IMG/VR virus record: IMGVR_UViG_3300037258_000161 | Span: 44,412-108,411 of that record | DNA length: 64,000 nt | Source: a virus | Direction: 5' to 3' (one strand) | In this document: piece by piece, positions 8,863-18,295 of the stretch | Numbering within the stretch: position 1 is the first letter of the stretch | Layout: every line of letters begins with the position of its first letter | The notes under the pieces: model-generated | The model's input: the letters and a program-made list of their open reading frames with translations, nothing else | What the model was told of the DNA's origin: nothing | The model's database searches: none | Position numbers and translations under genes: made by a program

Positions 8863-9234
8863 TTACTTGCGGGTGGGGCCGTCCGCCTTGAGGCTGCCGT
8901 CAGGTGCCCAGGTCGGGGGAATACGGGAAGAGAGACCCAGCTGTTTCGCGCGCATCATGACGAATCTCCGGACCGCCGCGCGTGCCTCGTCGGTAGCAGG
9001 CTTGATGCGGCCGATCGCCTTGATGGCGTTGTCCAGGTCAGCGGCGTTCTGAATGTTGAACCGGGGGCGCCCACCGGGCTTCGCTGGAGGCAGCGCCTTC
9101 CGCTGCTTCTGGAGCTTCCGCATGGTCGCGACGTCGGGTGTGGCCATGGGCCGCTTCCTTCCTGGCGAGAGGGGTTCGGGGACGAGGGGGTCACTGCCAC
9201 TCGAGCGGGAGATGGCTGAGCCATAGGAAGCCAC
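8863..9234 (-). CDS. Head-region protein whose N-terminus copies the capsid N-terminal peptide
   Basis: GTG 9234 with GGAGG RBS; ISRSSGSDPLVPEPLS vs capsid ISRSSGSDALVPEPLS; second in-frame ATG at 9147. Confidence 0.7.
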   Translation of the reverse strand: MASYGSAISRSSGSDPLVPEPLSPGRKRPMATPDVATMRKLQKQRKALPPAKPGGRPRFNIQNAADLDNAIKAIGRIKPATDEARAAVRRFVMMRAKQLGLSSRIPPTWAPDGSLKADGPTRK

Positions 9235-9349
9235 GGGACCTCCCGTCGCTACGCTGGGAGCATGGCCAAGGTTCACCTGCAGGTCCGGGCCGCTGGACCG
9301 GGTCGCGCACGGAAGCTCGCCCGGTACATGACCCGGTGGGAGGGCGGTA

Positions 9350-10156
9350 CTACGCGACCCGAGGTGCCCCTACCGCGTCAGGGTGAGCCTTATCCCAGTA
9401 CCGCCGCCATGCCCGCACTGCATCCGGTCCAGAGAAACCTCTGGTGACCCGCCTCCATTGCCGGTACAGGTCGTTGTCGCGGAGGGCCTTGGCGTCTTCC
9501 CTGCTAAAGGCTGCTGCGGCGCTGCAACGGCAACGCGAATGCGCCTTAAATCCTGCGGTCTGGGCGGTTTTGTACACTGCGCCACGTCCCGCTAGAAGGG
9601 CGCACCACGCGCATGGATCCGCCGCCGTAACGCGGTACCAGGCGACCGCTGCCGAGTCCTGCTGGACGGCCTGCAGGACCGCTGTGCGGGCCCCGTTCTG
9701 GATCAGCCGGGTAGCCGCCGACGCCATCACGTTCCCGGTCGCCTGCGCCGCCTGCGGGACGGGCTGCCCGGCCTTGATGCGCTTCAGCAGCGAGTACGGG
9801 CCGGTCGAGTCCAGCGTGGCCGTGACGAGTTCCGGGGGAGGCGGAGGGGGCACGCTCAGCAGCGGGGGAAGCGTGACCACCCCGGCTGCTGAGCGGGCCT
9901 GCTGATAGTACGCGTTCCCCGCCTGCCCCATCGCCTGTGACTGGGTCCCGATGACCGCGGTGATGGACGTGCGCACCTGGGGCCATGACGAGATCACGTT
10001 CCGCAGGTCAAGCAGTCCCCACAGGCTGGTGATCTGCGAGAGAAGCCATGCCACCTGCCACGCCTGCTGCTGCCTGGAAGATTCGGCGATCTGGGCCTGC
10101 GCCGCACGGGACGCGGTCGGCTGCGTGAGCGGCACCGGCCCGGCGTAGAGGCTCAC
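9350..10156 (-). CDS. MuF-like / capsid maturation-associated protein
   Basis: WYRV...PCAWCALLAGRGAVY...AHSRCRC; follows the portal gene. Confidence 0.75.
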   Translation of the reverse strand: MSLYAGPVPLTQPTASRAAQAQIAESSRQQQAWQVAWLLSQITSLWGLLDLRNVISSWPQVRTSITAVIGTQSQAMGQAGNAYYQQARSAAGVVTLPPLLSVPPPPPPELVTATLDSTGPYSLLKRIKAGQPVPQAAQATGNVMASAATRLIQNGARTAVLQAVQQDSAAVAWYRVTAADPCAWCALLAGRGAVYKTAQTAGFKAHSRCRCSAAAAFSREDAKALRDNDLYRQWRRVTRGFSGPDAVRAWRRYWDKAHPDAVGAPRVA

Positions 10157-11766
10157 ACGCCGTGGGTCCGTTTCAATGCTGGCCCCTGGAAGGGATCGTC
10201 ATCACCCGGAGGTGCCTGCTGGGCGCCCTGGGTCATCTGCGACTCGATCAGCTGATCCAGTTCCGCCAGCGCACCCTGCTTCGACGCTGCGGCCTTCCAG
10301 CGGGCCACATCATCGGCACTCGTCCCCGGCACCCGCTGCCACAGTTCCGTCGCGGGCACGCCGAGCATCTGGGTGAGTTTCCCGAGGGCGTCCACGGTGC
10401 CGGCGAACGCCCGGCCGCCCGTGTCGCGCCAGACGATCACCGCGGCGTCGTCATTCCACCCGGCCAGGTCGCCGGCTGCTTTCGACGCGAGCTGGAAGGT
10501 CTGCTTGTGGGGCTCGTTCAGGACACCCTGGGCCTCTTCCACTCTGCGGTCGAGCGCGTCGCGACTCGCAGTCAGGGCGTCTGCGGACAGATTTACCATC
10601 TGCCCCAAAAGATAATAAGGCGGCAACTGCGTGATGGTGCTCATGTGCACGATCGTGGCCTCGGCCGACTTGAGAAACCCCGTGAGATCCGTTTGCGCGA
10701 ATTCACCGAATTTCGTGTCGGAATCCTCAGCCGTAAAGAGGCGGTCAACACCAGCCCGGAACGGCTCCTTCGGGTTCCCGTCCTCGTCAGACACAACCAT
10801 CCCCGTGACCCACCGCTGCCTGAAAGCCCCGTACTGCTGGGCCATCAGGGCATTGAAGGTCGTGGTGTTCAGCTGGTCCTGCAGCGGGATCAGCGGCTCC
10901 ACGATCCCGGAGACGTCCATCTCGCCGTCAAGGTCAATCTGGTGCAGGTAGCGAACGACGGGGCACACCCCGAGCCCATGCTCGCTGACCGCCTGTGTTC
11001 CGTTGAGCAGGACCGGGTCGTCGTCCTGCGGCCAGAACAGGCCCTCAGTGTCGGCCTTCCCGGTCAGCGTGTAGACCTTCTGGTCGTCATACAGCCGCAC
11101 GATCCGCCGCGCCCCGCCGGGCGCGTTGACGACGGTCTCCTCGACTGCGTAGGCAGGCCATTCGTCGTCAACGTCATCGGCGTACAGGGCGGTGAGGCGC
11201 CGCGGCGACACCGGCCGGATCACCGGATACGGCTCCCCGGGCAGCACCACTGTGTAGGCGAGCCCGTACTCGATCACCGAGCGGTGCAGGCCGTGCTGAC
11301 GGCCTCCCATCCGGTTGGCCTGCCAGATCCGCCACGGCCCGTCATCTTCCTGCGGGGACTGGGCCTCTGCATGCGCGGCCTTCGCCTGGGCGAGAATCCC
11401 CGCCGCCCCAGCGGTATCACCGGCCTGCAGGGCGTCGTGAGCGCCCGCCAGGGCCACCGACACGTCATCGACCACATCCGCCGCCGCGCTCGGCCGGTAG
11501 CCGTCCACGTGCAGGTTCTGGCTAATCGTGGACACCACCAGCGGCAGGAAGTTCACCACCGACCGGTGCAGCAGCCAGCGGTACTCCTCCCGCGCGCCCC
11601 GCGGCACGTACACCGAGTCGTGGCGCCCGCGCATGTACTTGGAGATCCGCTTCAGGCGCCGCTGCTCGTGACCGCGGATGGCGAGGATCTTCTGCGCAAG
11701 CTGCGGGATGTCCTGGCTGTTTGCTGCGGAGGGAGCGTCGGCCTGCGCGAGCGTCATGACGGTCAC
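10153..11766 (-). CDS. Portal protein (SPP1 gp6-like)
   Basis: HGLGVCPVV...PLQDQLN...AFRQRWVTG...KFGEF...NLSADAL. Confidence 0.92.
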   Translation of the reverse strand: MTVMTLAQADAPSAANSQDIPQLAQKILAIRGHEQRRLKRISKYMRGRHDSVYVPRGAREEYRWLLHRSVVNFLPLVVSTISQNLHVDGYRPSAAADVVDDVSVALAGAHDALQAGDTAGAAGILAQAKAAHAEAQSPQEDDGPWRIWQANRMGGRQHGLHRSVIEYGLAYTVVLPGEPYPVIRPVSPRRLTALYADDVDDEWPAYAVEETVVNAPGGARRIVRLYDDQKVYTLTGKADTEGLFWPQDDDPVLLNGTQAVSEHGLGVCPVVRYLHQIDLDGEMDVSGIVEPLIPLQDQLNTTTFNALMAQQYGAFRQRWVTGMVVSDEDGNPKEPFRAGVDRLFTAEDSDTKFGEFAQTDLTGFLKSAEATIVHMSTITQLPPYYLLGQMVNLSADALTASRDALDRRVEEAQGVLNEPHKQTFQLASKAAGDLAGWNDDAAVIVWRDTGGRAFAGTVDALGKLTQMLGVPATELWQRVPGTSADDVARWKAAASKQGALAELDQLIESQMTQGAQQAPPGDDDPFQGPALKRTHGV

Positions 11767-11812
11767 GCTCGGCCACCGCCCCCCGCGTTGCCAGCGTCTC
11801 TAGGCTGGATGG

Positions 11813-12190
11813 ATGGCAGACGATGAATACGCAGCCCAGACGGCCTTCCTGCGGGCACGCCTGGACGAGGACGAGGTGTGGGCACGCGAGGCTGTGCCGC
11901 GACCATGGCTCACCCAGGACAACTTCATCGAGTCGCCCGATGGCGGCGAGGTGGCCCGGTTCAACATGAAGGCGGACGCCAGGCTCGCCGCCCAATACGA
12001 CCCGGCCCGGGTGCTCCGCGAGGTTGAGGCCAAGCGGAGGATCCTGGATCAGCTGGGGACCGACCTGTCATACCGGCCGCCTGTCCCGGTGGGCCACCGA
12101 CGCGCGTGGGCTATCGCGTCGCTGATCGCGGAAGCTATGGCCGGTCCCTACAGCGACCACCCGGACTACCGGCGGGAGCGGAAGCCCTAG
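11813..12190 (+). CDS. DUF6221-like protein (copy 2), antisense between TerL and portal
   Basis: AFLRARLDEDE...YDPARVLREVEAKRRIL...YSDHPDYR. Confidence 0.72.
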   Translation: MADDEYAAQTAFLRARLDEDEVWAREAVPRPWLTQDNFIESPDGGEVARFNMKADARLAAQYDPARVLREVEAKRRILDQLGTDLSYRPPVPVGHRRAWAIASLIAEAMAGPYSDHPDYRRERKP

Positions 12191-13869
12191 CTGAACCCGT
12201 AGACCTTCCCCGAACGGGGCTTCTTCTCCGCTGGCTTGCCGGCCAGGTACAGCCGCCGCACCATCCGGGCGCCGATCACGCACACCGCGGCGTCGATCTT
12301 CTTCGGCGAGTCCCTGGTCTCCTTCGCGACCGACACGCCCCACCTATTCGGGTGCCGCCGCGCGTTCCCCACATGCCGGGCAACCCGCGAGTCACCGTCG
12401 TGGGTGAACGCCCGGTCCTCGATCTCCTGCAGGGTGAGCTCGCACGCCATCGTGAAGTCATAGACCCGGGTCCGCATATCCCACGCGACCGGCTGCGGAT
12501 CCTTCCCGCCCGGCACCGCGTGGAGCTTCAGCTGGTCGCCGTAGCGCTTCGGCCACTCGACCTTGGTGAACGACTCCCACTCACGGACGTCCGCGAAGAA
12601 CGCAACGACGTTCCAGTGCTCGAAGGAGTGCTCCACGGCCGCGTCGACCTGTGCGACGGGAACCGGCTGGGCCTCCACGCCGGCACGTGCAGGCGCCGGC
12701 TCCCAGACCTCTATGCAGAAGACGTGGCCGGTCTCGACATGGCAGCCGAGGAGCGCGGTCGCGTCATTGGTGCGCGAGCCGTCGAAGAACATGACGATCT
12801 CGTCGCCATCAGGGACTGGCACCGAGGGGTCGGAGATGGCCGCCCACTCCTGCGGCGTGACCCAACTCGTCAGTGACGCGACCGGCTGGTTCAGGTAGAA
12901 CCGCCTGGCAACGTCCGGGGCGGTCCGCAGCGACAGGATGCGGTCCATGATCGTCTGCTGGTCAACCCAGAAGCAGTCGTGATACGCCGCTGCGATCCCG
13001 GTCCGCAGGGAATCGTCGTCGGTCAGGTCCGTGTCCGGCGGGGCAACGTACGCGTCGTAGAGAATCTTCGCCCGCGACCGGGTGAGCCCTTCCTCCTGGG
13101 CCACCCACGCGTCCCACGTAGCCTCGGCCACCGAGCCCGCGCCAGGCTCCCACGCGTTGCACGTCTCCACGCCACGGCTGCCCGACTTCGCCATGTTGCG
13201 GTCCATCACCGCAGCGAGCTCAGAACCGCCGTTCGCAGGGCGCCACAGTTCGGTCTCGTCAAGCAGCCCGAACGTCGTCAGCGCGCCCTCAGCGGCGGAC
13301 GCCGATGAGGTGATGATCTCTAGCTGGCCGCCGTTCTCGCTGTACGTGACCGTCTTCCCCGGGTCGAGCCCGAAGTCGCGCACGAGCCGCGAGCTCTTGG
13401 GCATCATCGCCCGGACCATGCGGTTTGTGTTCGCGGTCTGGGACTCTGACGTGGCCGCGATCTGCACCAGCGGCATGTCCACGGGCTTGCCGCGGACACC
13501 GCCCCACGTCCGGGGGTCGTCAGGGTCGCGTTCGCAGAAGTGGGAGAAGCGCACGGGCCCGCAGAGTTCCGTGATGCAGTGCGCGCCGGCCCCGGGCGAC
13601 TTCCCGGCACCTTTGCTGAGCCTGCGCACCCCATGCTGGTACAGCCATCGCGTGGTGATCTCCTCCAGCGAGTACCACCACAAGATCCAGTGGCGCTGCG
13701 ACGGCGTGTACTCCCACGGCAGCCCCGCTCGCGGGCCGTTCGGGTGCCTCAGGTACTTCGCCGCGAAGAAGATTGCCTCGTAGCCCAGCGTGAACTCAGG
13801 CTCGCCTGGAGGAAGCGTTACCAGCCGGTCGAGCGGGCCCGGTAGCTCAGTTGGCCTCGCGCTTGCCAC
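12187..13869 (-). CDS. terL: Terminase large subunit
   Basis: Walker A (SKGAGKS), Walker B (LLDE), nuclease FFDGSRTNDAT and KIDAAV. Confidence 0.93.
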   Translation of the reverse strand: MASARPTELPGPLDRLVTLPPGEPEFTLGYEAIFFAAKYLRHPNGPRAGLPWEYTPSQRHWILWWYSLEEITTRWLYQHGVRRLSKGAGKSPGAGAHCITELCGPVRFSHFCERDPDDPRTWGGVRGKPVDMPLVQIAATSESQTANTNRMVRAMMPKSSRLVRDFGLDPGKTVTYSENGGQLEIITSSASAAEGALTTFGLLDETELWRPANGGSELAAVMDRNMAKSGSRGVETCNAWEPGAGSVAEATWDAWVAQEEGLTRSRAKILYDAYVAPPDTDLTDDDSLRTGIAAAYHDCFWVDQQTIMDRILSLRTAPDVARRFYLNQPVASLTSWVTPQEWAAISDPSVPVPDGDEIVMFFDGSRTNDATALLGCHVETGHVFCIEVWEPAPARAGVEAQPVPVAQVDAAVEHSFEHWNVVAFFADVREWESFTKVEWPKRYGDQLKLHAVPGGKDPQPVAWDMRTRVYDFTMACELTLQEIEDRAFTHDGDSRVARHVGNARRHPNRWGVSVAKETRDSPKKIDAAVCVIGARMVRRLYLAGKPAEKKPRSGKVYGFS

Positions 13870-14302
13870 GCCACGCCGCCATGCTCGCCACGGCCGCCGC
13901 TTCGTCCGGGTCCTCGGGCTTATCGCGCTCCAGTTCCAGCCGCAGGCGACGCCTGTCGCCCTCGGTCATCAGCAGCCGGGCCATCAGCGCGTCCCAGGCC
14001 GCGAACATCACCGCCGACGGGCGGCCAGAGTTCAGCTGCTGCGACATGACCTCCGAGCCGATCCGCAGCATGTTCCAGTCGGTCGGCTCCCAGAACGCGC
14101 TCTGCCCCGACCGCCCAGCGGACTCGTACAGGTCTCGGATCAGCGGATGCCACGCAGGGTCGGGCTCGGGCACGCCAGGCCCGGAGGATGCCCCACGGCT
14201 GCCTGCTGGTGCCTTCGTGACGGGCCCTGCTGGATCCTTGTTCGTCCTCCGGCGCTGGTCTGTGCGCTTCGGGACCGGGCCGCGGCTACCCACGGTGGAC
14301 AA
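13847..14302 (-). CDS. terS: Terminase small subunit
   Basis: RGPVPKR...WHP...SGQS.F..TDW...LLMTEGDRRRLRLEL; start codon uncertain. Confidence 0.88.
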   Translation of the reverse strand: MSTVGSRGPVPKRTDQRRRTNKDPAGPVTKAPAGSRGASSGPGVPEPDPAWHPLIRDLYESAGRSGQSAFWEPTDWNMLRIGSEVMSQQLNSGRPSAVMFAAWDALMARLLMTEGDRRRLRLELERDKPEDPDEAAAVASMAAWRGKREAN

Positions 14303-14388
14303 CCTTCATCGACTGCTCCCATTCCGGGTACGGCCCATTCCGGGCTACTGCCAGGGATGGCCCGCATTCCGCAGGGAGCCCTAGCCGA

Positions 14389-15285
14389 TCAGGAGCGGCT
14401 TCGGAGCGCCGCCTCGTTGTTCTTCCTGCTGTTACAGGAGTAGTGGGCGCACTGAGCGTTCGCCGGCTCATGGAACCCGCGTGGCTCTCCCTCGCGGGGC
14501 CGCAGCGGGACGATGTGGTCGATCGTCGGTGAGAGGAGGTCCGGCCAGACGGCGCCCCGGCTGACGGGCTTCCCGCAGAGCTGGCAGATCCAGCCGTCGC
14601 GCTCAAAGATCTCCAACGGCTCAACAGGTGCCCGGAACGCAGCCGCCTCCACGGCCCGGCGTACATGCGAGGCGATCCGGCCGTAGCAGCGCTGCGAGCA
14701 CGTCCTGGTCTTCGGGTCAATACTCACAAACCATGTACCGCAGCACGAGCAGCGACCTGAATACCACTGCTGGCGCAGGCGTGGCAGCCTCGGGCTGGCT
14801 GCCTTGAGCCGCGCTAGTAGACGTGGATGCAGCCATCCTTCGGGGCGTTCCCAGAGGACTACCTGCGAGCGGGCTGCGCGCACGGCGTCATAGTCGCAAC
14901 TCACGGAGCGGCCGGAGCGGCAGCTATCCGAGCAGTAGAACGAAGTTGGAGCGGGTGCCTGCCACAAATCGCCGCAGCTTTGGCATATCAGCGTCCATTT
15001 GCGCGTCTTATTGTGGCAACTATTTGAGCAGAACCAGGTACGGGGCTCGGAGTTCGTCCATTTCTTGCCGCAGTTCTCGCACGTGTGCTCGTAGCGGTAT
15101 TGGGATCTCCACGTCTTCCCGGTGCGCTTGGCGTAGCTGCGGAAATACTCTCTCGCCCGATCATTATTGCGCCGCCGTTTACATTCAGGCGCAGAGCATG
15201 TTTTCCACCTCTCCTGCGCCGTCTCGGTGCCGCAGTACTCGCAGGCACCCCGGACGGGCGCAGGGACTGGCACGAGGATCCTCAT
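14389..15285 (-). CDS. HNH endonuclease with several CxxC zinc fingers
   Basis: IFERDGWICQLC...TIDHIVPL...H...NAQCAHYSCNSRK. Confidence 0.85.
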   Translation of the reverse strand: MRILVPVPAPVRGACEYCGTETAQERWKTCSAPECKRRRNNDRAREYFRSYAKRTGKTWRSQYRYEHTCENCGKKWTNSEPRTWFCSNSCHNKTRKWTLICQSCGDLWQAPAPTSFYCSDSCRSGRSVSCDYDAVRAARSQVVLWERPEGWLHPRLLARLKAASPRLPRLRQQWYSGRCSCCGTWFVSIDPKTRTCSQRCYGRIASHVRRAVEAAAFRAPVEPLEIFERDGWICQLCGKPVSRGAVWPDLLSPTIDHIVPLRPREGEPRGFHEPANAQCAHYSCNSRKNNEAALRSRS

Positions 15286-15702
15286 ACGCCCAGCTTAGAG
15301 GCCCCTACCGACAGTCTCACGGGGGTCGAAATACGTATCCACAGGCCGCCGCTATACGGGGCCGGTCGGGCGAAGCCCGGCATTTGGGCACTCCCCCCAC
15401 CCCTGCCATTGCTGCAGTGCGCATCCCGTGCCAGGCCTTGCCCGCGGCCCTCTGTATGCACACCGTGGCCTGCGCGGATGCCCGTACCCCGCACCGTGCC
15501 GAGCTCACCGGCACTGCTGGCAGCTGGCCACCATCCCCGCGGGGGACTGCCGCGGATTCCTGGCCGCTATTCCCTCGAGGCTGGCTTTCCGTGCCCCGAT
15601 TGCCGCGTGGCTTAGTGCCTGCTCTCAGGTGGACTCAGCAAGCTTTGCCTGTGCTTTGCGCGATTCGCTTGCCTGCCAATTCGGTAGGCCATACGGTAGT
15701 GG

Positions 15703-15877
15703 TATGCCAATCAACCAGACCGCTAAGCGCCTCGAAGCGGGCGCCCCGCAATGGGTGCGGGATGCCCAGGCCGATCTGTACCTCTGCCAGTGCGGCCAGC
15801 AGGCCATATCTATCTGGGCTGGCACGGGCAGGCCGATCTGTGACACGTGCCTGCAGCGGAAGCAGCGGCAGTCATGA
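15703..15877 (+). CDS. Small zinc-ribbon protein
   Basis: MPINQT...CQC...ICDTC; follows a promoter-like TTGCCT...TACGGT. Confidence 0.4.
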
Positions 15878-16770
15878 CTGCCGCTAAGCGCGTCGTGCGC
15901 GCTGTCCGCATTGCCTTCCGTGCCGCGCGCATCCTCGCGACTGATCCGCAGCTCCCGTGGCTGCTGCGCATCCTCTTCGTTATCGGATGCGTGCAGATCC
16001 CGGTGTGCCCAGTGGATGAAGTCGCCATGGCGCTGGCGCTCGGGTGGCTGTTCCTGTTCCACCGTGACCGCCTGGCGCATGCCGTGCGCGAGGCCCGCTC
16101 ATCCGATCCGAAGGAGCGCAAGCCCATGAACGTTCGCAAGCTCGCTGTTGCTGCCGCCGCCAGCCTCGCCGCTCTGGCCGCAGTCATCTCGCTCACTGCC
16201 GGTCTCATGCCGGCATCTGCCGCGGCCCGCTCGCCGCTCGCTACTGTCATCGCTCACGGCGTGCGGATGCCGCAGCACCACGAGACCACCTGCACCCGCC
16301 AGCTTGAGGTGATGGGTGCTGCCGAGTACGAGACCGGCGTGCACCCCGGTTCATACACCATCGCGCCTGTCGCCCTCGCCGGCCCGCGTGCATGGGCCCG
16401 GCAGCTGCGGCGCGCTGGCCTGTTCCTGCTGGCAGCGACCGCGGAGGGCGTTCACGATGCGGCCTCGGCGCATGACTTCACGATGGCGCTGCTGGCGTCG
16501 GTGAAGGCGGCGCGTATGGGCGTGGACTGCCGCAGCGGCTATCCGGCGCCTTCACCGGCCGCGTGCGCCCGCCTGTCACCGCGGCCGGGTCACGTCCCGC
16601 CGGCGTTCGAGATCGGCGCCTCCGGTCTCACGTGGCAGTACGTGACGAAGCGGGAGGCGGCTTACTTCCACGTGTCCCGCTGCTCTGTGGTGGTCGTGAG
16701 CCACAACCGCTACGGGCAGGATGCGGACTTCATCCTCACGCCGTCGGGGCGCGTGACTGGCCGCAGCTGA
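15874..16770 (+). CDS. DUF1232-like membrane N-terminus in frame with a secreted protein (internal ATG 16126)
   Basis: ATDPQLPW...IPVCPVDE; AAGGAG RBS before the MNVRKLAVAAAASLAA signal peptide. Confidence 0.5.
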   Translation: MTAAKRVVRAVRIAFRAARILATDPQLPWLLRILFVIGCVQIPVCPVDEVAMALALGWLFLFHRDRLAHAVREARSSDPKERKPMNVRKLAVAAAASLAALAAVISLTAGLMPASAAARSPLATVIAHGVRMPQHHETTCTRQLEVMGAAEYETGVHPGSYTIAPVALAGPRAWARQLRRAGLFLLAATAEGVHDAASAHDFTMALLASVKAARMGVDCRSGYPAPSPAACARLSPRPGHVPPAFEIGASGLTWQYVTKREAAYFHVSRCSVVVVSHNRYGQDADFILTPSGRVTGRS

Positions 16771-16954
16771 CTGCCACGGTGGCGCTCGCTGCTCACGAGG
16801 GCGAGCGCTGCCGCGGTGGCCAGATGGCGCCGGTAACCACGGGGGATCACATGCGCAGTGCCGCGCGGGAGATCGAGACCAGGATCGCGGAGTGGCTCAC
16901 CAGCTTCGCGGAGAAGCAGATGCGGCGCAGGCCGCTCACTGAAGGGGGATCACG

Positions 16955-18145
16955 ATGACGATCACGACGGACGCGCCTAGGACGCCACTCGACGAGGTGC
17001 GCAGCTTCCTGGGCAAGTTCATCGACGCCAGCGACACCCAGCTGGACGCCATCACGCTCTGGGTGGCGCACACCAACGTGCTGGGCGCGTTCCCGGCGTC
17101 GCCGCGCCTGCTGATCACCAGCCGTGACCCGGGCTGCGGCAAGTCGGAGACGCTGCGGCGGATCCGCGACCTGTCGCAGAACGGGTGGAGCGCCAAGGGC
17201 ACGAGCTTCGCCATCCGCGCCAAGCTCGGCGAGCCGGACCGGCCGACAATCACGGTGGACGAGGTGAGCGACGTGTTCGGCAAGTCGGGCCGCTCAGGTG
17301 CGACTCACCCGCTGGGCACGCTGCTGCGGCTCGGCTACAAGGCAGGCGAGACGGACTGCTTCGCGCAGAACAAGGTGGCCGAGGAGATCAGCATCTACAC
17401 GGCGGCGGCGATGGCCGGGCGCGGTGCGGCCGTGCCGGACGACATCCGCTCGCGGTGCGTCATCATCAAGCTCAAGCCGGGCCGGCCTGCGGAGGATTAC
17501 GTGATCCGCGAGCACGAGCCACAGGCGCGGATGCTGCGGGACGCGCTCGGCCAGTGGGTGAAGTCGCAGTTCGGCGAGGTGCAGAAGTTCCGGGCGCGCG
17601 GCCTGCACCCGAAGCTGACCGGCCGCCGGCGCGAGATTTGGGAGCCGCTGCTGGCTGTGGCTAAGGCGGGTGGCGAGGAGTGGCTGCGGCGCGGCCTGTC
17701 GGCGCTGCTCGACCTGGCGCTGGACGAGTCCGACCAGCCGGTTCTGACGCCGCAGCAGACCGTGCTCCGCGACATGGCGAAGGCGGCCGGGCTGGTGGAA
17801 CTGGCTGGCGGCACCGAGGACGGCTTCGCTCTGGGCGCTGACCTGCGCGAGGAGATGCGGCGCATGGGTGAGCCAATGTACGAGACGCTGGCCGACCGGG
17901 CGCTGTCGATGCTGATGGCCGAAGCGGTGGCGGACGCCTCGCCTGACGGGCAGGCGATCGTGACGGTGGGCGAGCGGCGCGGGCGCGGCTACCGGCTGGC
18001 GGACATCCGCGCCGAGTGGGCTGCGCGCGCTCCGGTCGGTTCGGCCGAGGAAGTCGCGGACACTGAGCCGCTCGACCCGGATGCGGTTGAGTTCGTCGCG
18101 CAACCTGACGACCTGACAACCTCGACGACCTCGGACGCGGCCTGA
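16955..18145 (+). CDS. DUF3631-like P-loop ATPase (replication/helicase-associated)
   Basis: ITLWVAHT...SPRLLITSRDPGCGKS...VDE...IRSRC...R..EIWEPLLAVA. Confidence 0.72.
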   Translation: MTITTDAPRTPLDEVRSFLGKFIDASDTQLDAITLWVAHTNVLGAFPASPRLLITSRDPGCGKSETLRRIRDLSQNGWSAKGTSFAIRAKLGEPDRPTITVDEVSDVFGKSGRSGATHPLGTLLRLGYKAGETDCFAQNKVAEEISIYTAAAMAGRGAAVPDDIRSRCVIIKLKPGRPAEDYVIREHEPQARMLRDALGQWVKSQFGEVQKFRARGLHPKLTGRRREIWEPLLAVAKAGGEEWLRRGLSALLDLALDESDQPVLTPQQTVLRDMAKAAGLVELAGGTEDGFALGADLREEMRRMGEPMYETLADRALSMLMAEAVADASPDGQAIVTVGERRGRGYRLADIRAEWAARAPVGSAEEVADTEPLDPDAVEFVAQPDDLTTSTTSDAA

Positions 18146-18295
18146 TTTTTGCCGCAATCTCAGCCGATAGGCGTCACCCTGATGGGTGGCGCCATCGGCA
18201 TGTCCGGGCATGAACCCGGTAAGCTTGGAGAACACAAACGCCCTGGTGAGCGCTGCAAACACCCACCAGGGCACGACCTGAGAAGGCAGGCCGCT

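Noticed and set aside
13835-13856. GGGCCCGGTAGCTCAGTTGG resembling a tRNA 5' end and D arm
   Set aside because: No T arm or acceptor complement downstream; lies antisense to the terS/terL overlap
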